Below, one piece after another: positions 49,601-62,225 of a stretch of 64,000 nucleotides of DNA. The notes under the pieces were generated by a model. The model was not told where the DNA came from. It did not search any database and saw only the letters and a list, made by a program, of their open reading frames with translations. Numbering within the stretch: the stretch's first letter is position 1; every line of letters begins with the position of its first letter. This DNA is from Saccostrea echinata. Lineage: Eukaryota. The translations under genes and the position numbers were made by a program. Where the stretch lies: NCBI RefSeq assembly GCF_033153115.1, contig NW_026889805.1, forward strand, positions 13,702,001-13,766,000, given 5' to 3'.

Positions 49601-51958
49601 TAGGCTGCGTCTGGGCTTTCCTCCCTACTTGTCGACATATGTTCTCGGTTCTCTTTGCAGGAGGTTCAAACGTACATCCATTAATAAAGACATATCGTCG
49701 ATGTTATAGTTCCCTTGTCCTTACTGTGGAGTTAACTTATTTAAAACGTTAAAACGATAATAACACATAACAAATATAATGCCTCTTGCTTTAAGGATTA
49801 ATTATATATTATATATTTTTCCAGCGGGGACCTATACTATTTTTGCTCCAAAGGACTCTGCATTTGCCCAGATTTTGGCCAATTTACCCAGTATCACCAC
49901 TGATGATGCTTATTTCAAAAGTAAGTTAAATTATCAATTTTATTAGTCCCCTACCGGTGAAACCGGAGGGGACTATAGGTTTCCTCTGAGTCTGTCCGTC
50001 CGTCTGTCTGTCCGTCTGTCAGTCTGTCCCACTTGGTTTTCCGCACTTTTTTCCTAAACGCTTGCAGATATTGAGCTGATTTTTTTGGTGTGTGGCTTTA
50101 CCTTGATTAGTTATAGATCAAGTTTGCATTTCGTCCTGCTTCATTAATTTTTGACGGAATTATGGAATTTTCAATTCTTAACGGGAACGGAACTAGATTA
50201 CACTTGCCGGTAGGGGACTAGTATTGCTAATGCAATACTCTCAGAATGCTTGTTATTTAAGCGTTGTTTTGTATTTGAACCTCTGGCTAACTTATCTTTA
50301 TTTCACAGAGATCTTGATGTACCACGTTGTTCCGGGGGTGTGGTTCTCTGCCGGATTGACGGATGGGATGACCCTTCCCACTCTTGCTGGAACAAACCTT
50401 ACAATTAGTTTACCTGGATCAGGTATTTAAGCTCAACGTTGACTTTCGTTTTCTTCAATTTTAAGCCATCGAGTTACTTTTATTTTCATTTTTTGTTAAA
50501 GTATATAGCGATAAAGAGTTCATCTGTTGTGTTACCTGCAGAGAATGTCGGATACATGAAAAACCACTTGGTTCGACATCTGTCCGTCCTTTCTGTGTTA
50601 CACATTCATATAAATAAATAAATAAATAAATAAATGAAAATAACAAACATGAACTCTTTTATACCAAATTTATCACTGTGAAACTTTGTGGAAATATACA
50701 TCACAGCAAGATGATATCAAAAATAATGTTTGACTACAATTGAATTTGCCCTTTTTTATGGGTAGTTATTGCCTTTCAAACCGACGTGTTAGACCCGTAA
50801 TAGTCTGGAAATCTCAGATATAAGTATTACAGAAAAAATATTTATCTCACAAATCAAAAATAACTGCTGATTAAAACTGAGTAAAATGAACAATTACCTG
50901 TGTTAAATAAAATCCATTTTATATATTCTTCGAGGTCGGTTTGACAATGGAGAGAAACTTTTTTGTTATTTAGAAGCTTAACAATGTAAAAATCTATTTT
51001 TAATAAACTTGGCCTTAACACAAGTTAAAGCCAAGTTGGCCTGTACAGCGTCTGAGTCAAATTCTACTTATAAAAGATTGTATAAATTCAAACATACCAT
51101 CAATATATCAACAACCGAGTCCAAAATCTTTTAGGAAATGTTACCGTCAATCTATATCTAAAATCTGATGAGATATATTGCTTTAAATTTTGCTTTAGTT
51201 AGAGACACACAAACCACTAATATGCTCCCTGATACCATATAAACACACAAAAACAATAGATTTTAATATGTATCCATTGTGAAGCATTTTCAGACAACAA
51301 GAAGTTTAAAACCGTAGTTAATTAATCTGCCAGTTTATTCTTTATTTTGCCCTTTGAATACAATCAAAGTAAAGTAAAAAATGTTTATTCTGTGGTATTA
51401 TATAAGAATTTTCACACAAAAAGAAAATTGATTTAACAATCCCATGAGTAGACGAGTCTTTATTTTACAATCCTTATAGACATTACTAAGTGATTTCAAA
51501 AACCTCGTTTAAAGTCAGAATTTTGTAAATTCTGTGTTCGTTATAATGACCTTGTTAACAAATACAGCCTATCATTGGGTCGTGTTTTGTTTGACGTATT
51601 GCATACCAGTTGTTAGGCCTTTGTTTTTATACGTAAATTGACTACAGAATTTTCCTCCAAGGCACCTGATCCCACCTCTGGAATATCCAGACGTCCGTGT
51701 TTTATGCCCTGTTCACAGATTTTTTTTTTTGTTTTATGTATTTTTTTTAAAAACGTTTTCTCTAGATCGACTATCGTTCGTTTTCCTCACCTTTTTTATT
51801 TTGATATACAGTCTGTGTGTGTTTGATGCTTATTAAAATGTGATTTTTGTTCTGTTTCAGGTGTTTTTGTTAAGACTGCCCAAGTCATCGAGGCTGATAT
51901 TCCACTTGCAAATGGCTGCCTTCACGTGATTGATGACGTACTTACTCCGCCCAAATAA
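46640..51958 (+). CDS. Secreted two-FAS1-domain protein A (fasciclin/TGFBI/periostin-like), 289 aa
   Basis: Exons 46640-46796, 47000-47214, 49075-49264, 49825-49920, 50309-50422, 51861-51958 (870 nt, GT-AG). Hydrophobic leader MLALFVTVFSLQSLFVHG. FAS1 motifs TIFAPTDAAF, LKFHV, NGVIHPINSVL, TIFAPKDSAF, LMYHV, NGCLHVIDDVL. Confidence 0.9.
47985..48170 (+). mobile_element. Penelope-like 3' fragment in FAS1 gene A intron 2
   Basis: GGTGTGACCGGTCGACAAAGGATGTTTACTCCTCCATGGCACCTGATCCCACC, homologous to 44319-44376. Confidence 0.55.
48437..48980. mobile_element. hAT5-like MITE (5-bp TSD) containing a decayed SINE (~48650-48845)
   Basis: CTTTC-CAAGGCCGTAACTA ... TAGTTACGGCCTTG-CTTTC with subterminal GAGGCAA repeats. 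Confidence 0.75.
49943..50254 (-). mobile_element. HINE in FAS1 gene A intron 4
   Basis: Reverse-complement relative of 16384-16856 with a single core unit. Confidence 0.8.
51480..51800 (+). mobile_element. Penelope-like 3' remnant in FAS1 gene A intron 5
   Basis: Translates PRLKSEFCKFCVRYNDLVNKYSLSLGR, followed by GGCACCTGATCCCACCTCTGG. Confidence 0.6.
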
Positions 51959-52985
51959 ATATTGATATTTTATTTGTTGCATTCTCAATATTCGTATTAT
52001 TGAATTGAATAAGTACGTCTGAAGAATACCTCATGGTACATACGTATTTTGAGAAAAAATGATATACTATTGATATTGTATTTTACATTTGATATAAACT
52101 CGAGGCTATATCATTTTATTTTTAACGTAAAATTACAAAACAACCTTAATCTCATCGGAGATTCTGCTTGGACGGATACTAATTTTTGTAGAATACCTTT
52201 ACTGAACCTCGGGACAGTATGTCTGGAAACTCACACTCAACTGGTTCTAGCTATTTATATGCATCTAATGACACTTAAATTCTACTCTCAACTATTCATA
52301 CAGGTATTGCTCACGGTGTAGGCATGTAAAGCTCAAGATTGAAACAAACACTAAATTTTCCTTTCAAATGATGGCTTCATTTCTAGTAGTATAAAAAGTT
52401 CCTCTCTATTTTCAAATACAATGTAAGTGTGCGTACATGTTTTGTACATAGGCCAATTTGAATAACGCTTAATACAATGTAGCTGACCAAAGTTGAGTGT
52501 GAAATTATAATGGGCTATACAGAAATTCGGCGAAGACATCAGTTCATATATCCAGCAGGAAGGAATTTCAACTGAATCCTTTCTTTTTAGAAATATTCTT
52601 TTTTAAATTAGCTGAGAATAGTATAGTATTACCGTTCATTATAATCACTAAGGCTCTGGTTCCTTTTTCTTAAAGTTTGATCACTGCATGTCTAAGACAT
52701 TCAAGAAAATCACATACACACTAGGACGAATTATTGTAAAGGTAAACTGGCGCTCTCAGCTAAAAGCGTCCCCCTAAAATACCTCCAGTCTACGATAAAG
52801 GCTAACTGATACGAGATCCTTTTCTGAATTCCAGACTTCTAGAACTACGATGTATTTTGTTTTTAGTGGTTTAGCAATCTAGCTATCGGATTGAATTTAT
52901 GAGAAACGTCGTAACAGTGCAATGAAATCTAACTTTTTATAAAACAACAGAAAGAGGTAAGATTTATTAAGAAAACTAATGTTTA

Positions 52986-55900
52986 CTACAGATTTTTAAT
53001 TTGAGTACTAAGTGAACTTGGGACGAGAACATAATCAAGCTTGTGGACGACGCCGTTGGTTGCACTCATGTCGGGCTTGGTGACGCGGTGACCGCCCACT
53101 ATCACTGAACCTGATATAAAAATTTTTTTTTAAAAAACTTATATCCAAGGAAGATTAAACTTAAACGAAGGAGAAAAGGTGCAGATACTGCTGCGTATGA
53201 TTTTATACATACCGAAGAATGATTGATAAATTCTGAGTCTGTCAGCTTCCTCCAGGGTGTGGAAGCTACCAGAGTGCATTCCTTTGGAGTAGAGGGTACC
53301 GTGTAAAATGTGGTATTTCAACACATCTGGAGAGTTAGAAAAAAAAAACATTACTGAATGTTTTATATCACTATTTTTCAGATACATGTCATTTGTAAAC
53401 TCGTCTATCACTATACATCTTATTTATCAACTTCAGTACTTCGTTGACATGCTTAACCCCACCTAAGCTTGCCTATTGTTTCTGATTTGCTCCACTCACG
53501 AGCTCGTTACCGTTTACTTGAGCTTTTTCTGATATACAATAAACCAAAGGATTTTTTAAGAGTAAGACACCTTTCCAATGTGTTCAGGACGCATGCTTTA
53601 TCACTGATTTGTACTTTGTCATCAGAAAATTTCTCTAATGTTATCACACGAAAATTCTCGAAGTTAGCGCGAGACATCTTAGATTTACGCTTGTTATCAC
53701 TAAGTAGAGTTCAAGATCGAACGAAAATCTAAGTACAGCTTCGTCGAAGGTACAGCTTCAACAGAATCTTCTGTTACCTTTAACCATTGAATGAGTCAAT
53801 CTCAATCAATTGATAAAATTTTAAATAAAAATAATACTTAAAGTGTTGAGAGCGTATCAGTTCAGAAACTTGTAAGGATATTCTGTAAATGATTTATTTC
53901 AATTCATACTTTTAAATCAATTAATGCATGGTTTTGCAACAGTTCAAGATCATTCAGAGCTGTTTAACTTACCTCCTAAAAGCTGAGGGTTTTGTAACAG
54001 TTTATTCACTGTATCATTACCAAGCCTACTGAAAGCCGCATCGGTTGGTGCCATCAGAGTGATCGGTCCATCTTGCAAAATGAAAAACAGAGCTCGAGAT
54101 TGGTTTTGTTACAAACAGAAGTCAAATGTATAACATTGCTTTACTGCCATCAGACAATAAAGATATGTGAATGACCACTACCAGCTAAAATGTAAGAATT
54201 ATTCATAAAAAGATGACGAAAACATAATGTTTGTTTGTTTGTTTGTTGTTTAACGTTCCTCTCGAGAATTTTTCACTCATATGGAGACGCTACCATTTGC
54301 CGGTGGAGGGCTGCAAATTTTAACCTTTGCTCGGCACTTAGGGCCATTGACCAGTGAGGGATCTTTTTCGTGCCAACACCTACTGCGACACGGGACCTCG
54401 GTTTATACAGTCTCATCCGAAGGACTGGTCTCCACGTCCCGCAGTGGATTCGAACCCGCGACGTAAGGATCAACTCCTTACTCCGCGACTCTAGAGCAGA
54501 CGTTCTAACCACTGCGCCACACGGGCGATGAAAACATAATCTTAAATTAATTCTAAATTTAATGGCGACAAAAACAGATCATATCTTGTCTTTCCCCAAA
54601 TATTCTTCTAGCCTTCACTTAATATTCTTGATTTTTGTTGACGTCGAGTCAAGGTCTCGACATTTTTTTTGAACAACACCTGGATTTCATTTAAACTAAA
54701 GACTCAAATATATTTTCCAGATGATTTCCTTATATCATCTCCAATGACCCTTACAATATGACCTTGAATCATGATTATTGCACACCTTTAGGTAATGGAA
54801 AAAAATACATTCAGGTTGACCAATTGCAAACAAGGGTTCAAAGGTTATGACTGGACGACATTATGTGATAAATAGGCAACACTGGCAATACCAAATATAT
54901 TCGTCAAATCCTGAAACTTGATCGTGCCTGTTAACTTCAACGGCATCAACAATGCAACAAATATGGTTTCAGGAAAATTTCCAGAGTAAAGGGTCCTATC
55001 CAAACGGAATCATACCAAAGACTGAAAGGGAGACAATGTGTACATGCATTTCTTCTAGACTATGAGGGAGAAAGCCTACCGCTGAGGGCCTCTACCAGAC
55101 CAGCTGCCTTGGCAGCAGCGATAAGAGTGTTGAAAGAGCCATCCTGAGTCAAAACTTCCACAATGTTTCCTACAGGTGGCAGCAGAACCTTTTCGATTCG
55201 GTGGATGATACCGTTAGACGCCATCTTGTCGGGGTAAGTTATACGGGCTCCTTCGACTGTAAGTGCGTGCTACAATGACAAAAAAAACGTAATATCTTAA
55301 CAGATAGAAATATCCTGAGCGAATAATGGCCAGAAAAGCAATAATGCGTACTATCCTTTCTATAAAAAAGAACGTTTCACGGTTAGACAGCAGGCTCTTT
55401 CTGGTCAGGAAACAAGAACATTATAATATATAACCTTTGTTTAAGTACTTACACGAGCGGCGTAGTAATAGTTGACTCGGAGCTTATCTCCCTTTAGGCT
55501 GTCCAGCATCAGTTCGTTTACAAGAAGATCAGGCTTAACATGGTACAAGCCGCTCACCACGTGGTATTTCAAAATGTCGGCCAATTTGGCGGGATCGGCC
55601 TTCAAACTGTTCAGTGTATCATTGCCAAGTAAATTGAATGCGTGATTGTCAGGAGCAAAAATAGTGAAAGGACCTAAAGGAAAAAAAATATTCTCTGTGA
55701 ATAAAGAAGAAATTATTACACTGTATCTTAACTAACTAAATCTTGAATTCATCAAAATGGCCAGACGGGCAATATTCCTCTACATCTGTACAAGACACAA
55801 TTGCTAGATATACTGCGTAGCGCATCTGACCCCTTTGGTATTCATGTACCATAATTCTTTTTCCTAGCTCTCTTCTCAACACTCATTATATCTACTATCA

Positions 55901-56224
55901 ATTAATGAATACAATGATTTTTATATACGTTGCTACAGATTTCACTAAATTATGACCACTGACAGATTAAAAAAAAATAAGCATTTTTTTTAAAGTATCC
56001 GTAATGAAGCTGTTCTCCATTTATCCATGGTCTTATTTGTAAGAGAACATCCCTTTCTAACCTCCTTGAGACAAAGCCTCTGTCAGTCCGGCGGCGTCAA
56101 TAAGATCCACTAATATAGTCTCCAGTGAACTTGTCTTTAAGGTATCCACAAGGTTTACTAGGGCTGAGGGGGATCCCTGTCCCAAGGCCAGTCCCAAAAG
56201 GGGGAAAATGAAGAGGTACCTCAT
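52986..56224 (-). CDS. Secreted two-FAS1-domain protein B (fasciclin/TGFBI/periostin-like), 303 aa
   Basis: Exons 56224-56062, 55673-55453, 55269-55080, 54071-53973, 53326-53213, 53110-52986 (912 nt). Leader MRYLFIFPLLGLALG. Motifs FTIFAPDNHAF, LKYHV, ASNGIIHRIEKVL, TLMAPTDAAF, LKYHI, ATNGVVHKLDYVL. Confidence 0.9.
54229..54529 (-). mobile_element. Full-length tRNA-derived SINE with 11-bp TSD in FAS1 gene B intron 3
   Basis: On -: TGGCGCAGTGG A box, GGTTCGAATCC B box, (AAAC)n tail. GAAAACATAAT is duplicated at 54218-54228 and 54530-54540. Confidence 0.85.
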
Positions 56225-56894
56225 TCCAGAAATGTGCTAAGAAAGAATGTGGCAACTTTCGGTCAGAAGCAGACGGGAGTACTGGAGAGATTAGGGTCAC
56301 GTGTTAGACCAGCTGATAACAAGCCCTCCATGCATGAACACGAAATACGAGTCTTGTACTATTATACATTCCTTCTTAGAGTTCAACTTCTGTTAACTAC
56401 TATATTCAAGATCAGTTTTCATTATTTTTTTAATAATGTTTCATCATTTCACAATTAAACTGTTGGTCTAATTAACAATGGCTTTCATGCGTAACCTGTT
56501 ATCAAGAATAACATTGTTTCAGTTAGGTAGAATAGCAAGATATAACATTCATTTTGTTTTGTATAAACTTTTTTAAATAAACTTAAGCAAAGTGTTAACA
56601 ATGAAGAATAAGGTAGATTGACAATTAAAAATGAGCTAAATACTACAAATCTAGAAATAAAAATGTTCATTACATTTTTATTAGAGTAGTTCGGGGTAAT
56701 TATAAAAATTATTGACACGAAGTCAAAGAATGCACACAAGTTGAGAAAATGGAGTAAATCGAACCTTATATAATTTAAAAATACTGATAGAGGTCAAATA
56801 GTAGTAGAATTTAGAAGCTCTGTGACGTTATCAGAATCATGCGTGATAAGGCAGTATTTCAGATAGGACGTTTCCACTACTACAATCCCCGGCC

Positions 56895-58604
56895 ATGAAG
56901 CTGTTACTAGTTTTGTCTGTGTGTATCGCCGTTTCCTCAGCCTACCCCAATCTGGTAGACCTCGCCAGTGCTAACAATGCTACAAAACTTGTGTCCCTAC
57001 TCACTAGCGCAGGATTAGCTGACATTCTTAAAGATCCCAGCCAAGGTACTGAAAATGCTGTCAGTGGTCTTCATGCATATATATATTGGAATTGTTAGGG
57101 GAATCGGGGGAATCGTGAAAGTTCAGCAGTAAACCAGTCTGGTATTGTTTTCATAATAACTGTCCAAGCTCTCTTAGCGTACAATGTACTTTACAAGTCT
57201 TAAGCAGTCGTCACTTACTTCCTAGAAAACTTTGTCTTAATACACACTGACGACATATTCTGAAAACCATTCCAAACTTTATATCTAAAAGCATATTAAA
57301 GATTTTTTTTAATCTTTGCATTATACAATTAAGTGTTTATAGTTTCTATAGGATGCAATTATTGGAAAAATGAAAAGGTATTATTTTGTTTTTAGAAATT
57401 GTACTGATCTCAAGACCTGCAACACTGCGCATGCATCTTTGAGTCTTCCTCAAATTGATATCATAAACCAGATATGTTGAATGGGCATCAGCATATTTAC
57501 ATTATTAACTGATTGTATGTATTTAGGACCACTGTTATTACACGTGCCCTGGTTAAGGACACGGGTCATAGGTTTAACAATATAAAGCTTTCTTTGGTTA
57601 TGAGCATATGCGGTTATGTTCTTTTTCTACAATGTCCACGAATAAGCAAAGAAAGAAAGCCATTTTATTTATTTTATCTGTATGAATAATTCATATAAAG
57701 TGGGAAGAGTGCGTAAGATATTATATTATCGATGCCATACAGTTGACCTATAACACTTCATACAGATAACCATAAAAACTGGATCTAACTGGTTTAGAAA
57801 CTGATTATATTTGCATGTTTATTGATTAATCAGTGACAATAGATTTTCGTATAATATTAGTGAATGTAAATTTATTTTCTTAAATGTTACAGGTCCATTC
57901 ACACTTCTGGCGCCTTCTGATGCCGCTTTTGCCAAAGTTCCGGCTGCTGATTTACAAGCATTGAAGGCAGATAATGCGCAACTACAGGAAGTATTGAAAT
58001 ACCACGTGATGAAAGGAGAGGTGTTCGAGTGGGATCTGGTAAACCATGAAGTCATTCCAAGTTTGAATGGACACTCTATTCGTGTTTACGTCGCCTCTAG
58101 TTCAAATGCCCAGGTAAGCCCTCGTTGAAGGGATTATGGGACTGCAGCACCAAAATAACACGAATGTTGCTTTGTTTTGCTGCATTCTTTCGTACTCGTA
58201 CTTCAGTAATTCAAAACATTAAAGGAATAGGGATGAAACAGAGAAATGTGTCTTTTTGGAAGTATGAATATATATCTGCTTTCTAATTCTAACCAAATTA
58301 TATGCTTCTCAGTGCTAAATTAAGATTAAAATTGCTGATTACCTTGATGAAAAATTGCTAATTGGTGTTGTTACCAAATACTGTTAACTTGATGTGTTTT
58401 TCCGCAGAGAACTTATTTCAACCAAGCAAAAGTTTTAGTATCGGAGTTGCAAGCATCCAATGGCGTGCTTTACTTGATTGATGAAGTTCTTAACATGCCA
58501 GAGGGAACCATTGACGATATCATCTTAAACCCCGACTACAACATTGATCAATTCATGGAATTCATTAAGGAGGCTAAACTTACCACTGTATTCAACAGAA
58601 CTGT

Positions 58605-58665
<61 letters not shown>

Positions 58666-59893
58666 TAAAATCTTATAAGATAATCTTATCTTAAAATCAT
58701 AAAGCTTATTAAATTTGGTAATTTTCATTATTTCATAAAAGATGTTTTTTTTCAGGTGCTAGATATACAATGTTTGTTCCTAGTAACCAAGCCCTTGCTT
58801 CTCTGGACCAAGGATTCTTGGCTCAAATTAAAAACAGTTACTCAAACGCTCGCCGTGAGTCGAATTTTTCAATGACAAGGGTTTCAATGAAATATACTTT
58901 CAAAATGATTATAATATTAAATGAAATCTTCATTATTTTTAGGCTTAGTTGATTACCACGTTCATCCAGGGACCCTACACGCCAAAAGTATACACGGACC
59001 CGGACGTCTATCTACAATGTACAGAGGCCATTACATTAATCTCTCACAGGACGGTTCGTACACATACCCTTTTCCTTTCCTATCCGTATATCGTGGCTGC
59101 ATTTTGCATGAATTTTCTTAAATTCATTCACAGAATAACTTTTTTTAAGCTGATCCCTCTGTAAAAGTAATTAAAATTTAATGAGATAACATGAAAGTAT
59201 TTTATATATGATATTGTACATGAAAATTGAACCAAATATTATCTTAAAATCAAAATCTTAGGAATCAAACCAGTATCGAAAGCCACGAATTTTTGTGCCC
59301 AATCTATTTCCACAAAATGTCCACTCTGATTTTTGGAAATAGAATGGACACAAAATTTACCCGTGACTTGCAACGAAGGGACGTAGATTTGTGAAGTTTA
59401 CTCTATGTGTTTCGAACCCCATTTGCAAGCAGACTCAATTAGATTACTTGTTATGCTTTTTAATCATACCTGAGGCCAGGATACTAAGGTTATAAAAGTC
59501 CTTATTTCGCATACTATAACAATTACAAAATTATCAAGAACTACAAGTCAACATCTTGTGATCTTACTTTAGTATTCGACTGATTTACAAAGAAAAACAT
59601 TTGATTTAGAATCCTAATAATACAACCCTGATTTTCATATCAACTTTTACCAGCAAAATATTTATAATATAGATTCAGTTCATGACTAAGGTAAGTCAGG
59701 TGAGCTTTGTGGACATGAGCCTCTTGCTTATGAAAGTCTTTATCATCATATTTTTCCAGCCAACAACAATACGCTTCTGAACAACGTAGCCACGGTATTA
59801 CAGGCTGATATTGAAGCAGAGGATGGAGTAGTCCACATCATTTCTCACGTGCTCATTCCCTCTACACTCTCTCCTGGTGGTCTTGTCGGATAA
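56895..59893 (+). CDS. Secreted two-FAS1-domain protein C (fasciclin/TGFBI/periostin-like), 304 aa
   Basis: Exons 56895-57045, 57893-58113, 58408-58606, 58756-58854, 58943-59053, 59760-59893 (915 nt). Leader MKLLLVLSVCIAVSSA. Motifs FTLLAPSDAAF, LKYHV, ASNGVLYLIDEVL, TMFVPSNQAL, DYHV, DGVVHIISHVL. Confidence 0.9.
58607..58661. repeat. (GA)n microsatellite starting inside a splice donor
   Basis: G|GTGAGAGAGA..., about 26 units. Confidence 0.95.
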
Positions 59894-60179
59894 AATCTTT
59901 ATTAAATAAATATTTTATAAAATAATCTTTTTTTACTACATGTATATCATTCAGAAATCTTGTCTGTGTGTATGTGTTTTTTAAAAAATCTTTTATTGCA
60001 GAATTCTAAACAACACCCCTTTACAATGGCCAGTTGTTGGCAGTTAACCCGGGTATTGAGGATAACTAGCAAAATACAATCAATAAAAACCAAATATAAA
60101 CATATTATAACGCATTTGTTAGACATTTTACTGTTTCTTTAAACACATATGTTTTTGATAAGTTCAGCATGAAATCTGT

Positions 60180-60700
60180 ATCTTTCTTCTAATGAACCTT
60201 TGATAAATTGTTTTAACATGGACTTTTCTTGTATAGTATTTTCTATTCTACATATCATATTGAATATTATTAAAATATTAAATATCATTTTAAATTCATG
60301 TATTTTATTTGCGAAATATGAAATAATAGTATTATAAAAATGATTTTTTTTTTTTTTAAAATTGTTTCTAAATAGAATCCTACATAAGAATATGTTTCCA
60401 TTGTGTCATACACCTTTTACAATATCACAATCAAAAATAAGATGTTTTGTATCTTCATTTTCATTTCCACAATACTCACATTTTCATTTACTCGTAATTT
60501 ACACTTTTGTAAAAGAGAATTACAACATATAATGTTGTTCAGTAATTTATAATTGAATTCACTAAGACGCTTGTCGTACTTGTATTTGATTTTATTTCTA
60601 TAAATAGTAAGCCAGTATTCTTTCTTCGCACAAAAGTTTCGGCTTAATATTGACTGATAACATGGATATTTAAACTTTTTAGACAACATATTTTCATACA
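60180..60700 (-). mobile_element. Non-LTR retrotransposon (Tx1/L1-like) 3' fragment
   Basis: ORF 60417-60701 has KRLSEFNYKLLNNIICCNSLLQKCKL, like the post-RT region preceding the C-terminal Cys motif; frameshifted afterwards. Confidence 0.55.
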
Positions 60701-60739
60701 AAATTTTTTTTTTTTTAACTGAAATACAAATGGGGTAAA

Positions 60740-61235
60740 AACAGCGTTTTTCTACAAAACCTGGTTCCCCGAACTCCTCTTACATTTTTGCAGTAACCTA
60801 TTCACATTTTGGAATTTGATTGAGAGTTCTTATAGATGTGCAATAGCGGTTCGGAATTGCGATTTTTACCCGGGTTGATTGGGCCCGGGGTCAAAAAACT
60901 TTTTTTCTTCAAAAAAAGGTTTCCTGAACCCCTTTTACATTTTTTGGAGCAGTCAACTTATCTTTTGGAATATGATTAATGGTGTCCTGTAAATGTGCAA
61001 TATTTATATATGTACATTTTCACCATAGGGGCCAAGTTGGAGTTGAAAACTTTTCCCCCTCAAAACCTGGTTTCTTGCTGAATTTCTCTTTTAGCCGTAG
61101 CCCATTTATATTTTGGAATATGACTGGGATGTAGATGTGCAATAAGGTTTCAGAATTTAAATTTTAATCCTGGGAATGAAAGGGGGATCGAAAGTGTTTA
61201 TTAAAAACCCTAATTCCCTGAACTCCTCTTACATG
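60740..61235. repeat. Degenerate tandem repeat, about 150-bp unit, 3-4 copies
   Basis: Recurring CCTGAACTCCTCTTACAT..TTTTGGAATATGA..AGATGTGCAATA. Confidence 0.6.
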
Positions 61236-61241
61236 AAATGA

Positions 61242-61559
61242 ATGTGCGACAAGAATTGTGTGGAAGATGAGATTCACTCACTGATAGAATGTCCATTATA
61301 TAAACATGATAGACATGAATTTTTTGAGAAAATTGTTAAAAATAATAAAAAAAAATTTATAGTTTAACAAATAAAGAAAAATTTTTGTGGATTATGTCTA
61401 ATGAGAATGATATATTGCGTATCAAGCTGGGTAATTTTCTAATCAATATTTTTAAAATAAGAAATAGTGAATTATATAATGTTAAAAAGAACCAAATAAA
61501 TGCAAAAGAGTAATAATATTAAATTATTAATACTCAAGTACAAATATACATGTTACAAA
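61242..61559 (+). mobile_element. CR1-like LINE 3' end
   Basis: Translates MCDKNCVEDEIHSLIECPLYKHDRHEFF, matching the C-terminal EDExH-x3-C-x2-Y motif. Confidence 0.6.
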
Positions 61560-61687
61560 NNNNNNNNNNNNNNNNNNNNNNNNNNNNNNNNNNNNNNNNN
61601 NNNNNNNNNNNNNNNNNNNNNNNNNNNNNNNNNNNNNNNNNNNNNNNNNNNNNNNNNNNNNNNNNNNNNNNNNNNNNNNNNNNNNNN
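61560..61687. other. Assembly gap (128 N)
   Basis: Run of n. Confidence 1.
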
Positions 61688-62225
61688 GGTCTGTCACTTC
61701 AAACTGGCTTATTGGGACCTAATAGAAGGAGCGATTGCACATACAAATGGAATATGTAATAAAGTTCCCAGATGAAGCAAGATATCATGTATATCAATAT
61801 AGTCTTGATTTTTTTATTAAAACAATTGCTACAGCAAACTATGTTCAAACCCTTTAATGGGGTCCGACCCCTTATTGAAAATGGGTATTATGGCTGATCC
61901 AGGATTTTCCAAATGCAGAATTGGTAATTTTTAGCAACCGAACAAATTTTATGTGTGGATTATCAAAAAATATCCACAGGCAATTATTTCATTTCTTTGA
62001 AATTATGTATAAGCCGAGTACATACATGCCAACTTTCCCGATTTAGGCGGGATCCTCCCGATTTTACCCTTTGATCCCGCTCTCCCGATCGGGAAAGCAA
62101 AATTGCCCTAAAATCCCGATTTGAAAAAATTCAACCTAAAATTTCCGATTTTCAGAGTTTCCCTATATTTTGTCAATCGGGATTAGAATATCAGACTTGT
62201 TTATTCAATGCACACAGATTAGTGC

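Noticed and set aside
54440-54529. tRNA gene-like sequence (also ~37970-38060)
   Set aside because: It continues into a SINE body and (AAAC)n tail, with a TSD at the 54229 copy, so it is a SINE head rather than a tRNA gene.
61500-61775. ORFs spanning the N run
   Set aside because: Artefacts of the assembly gap.
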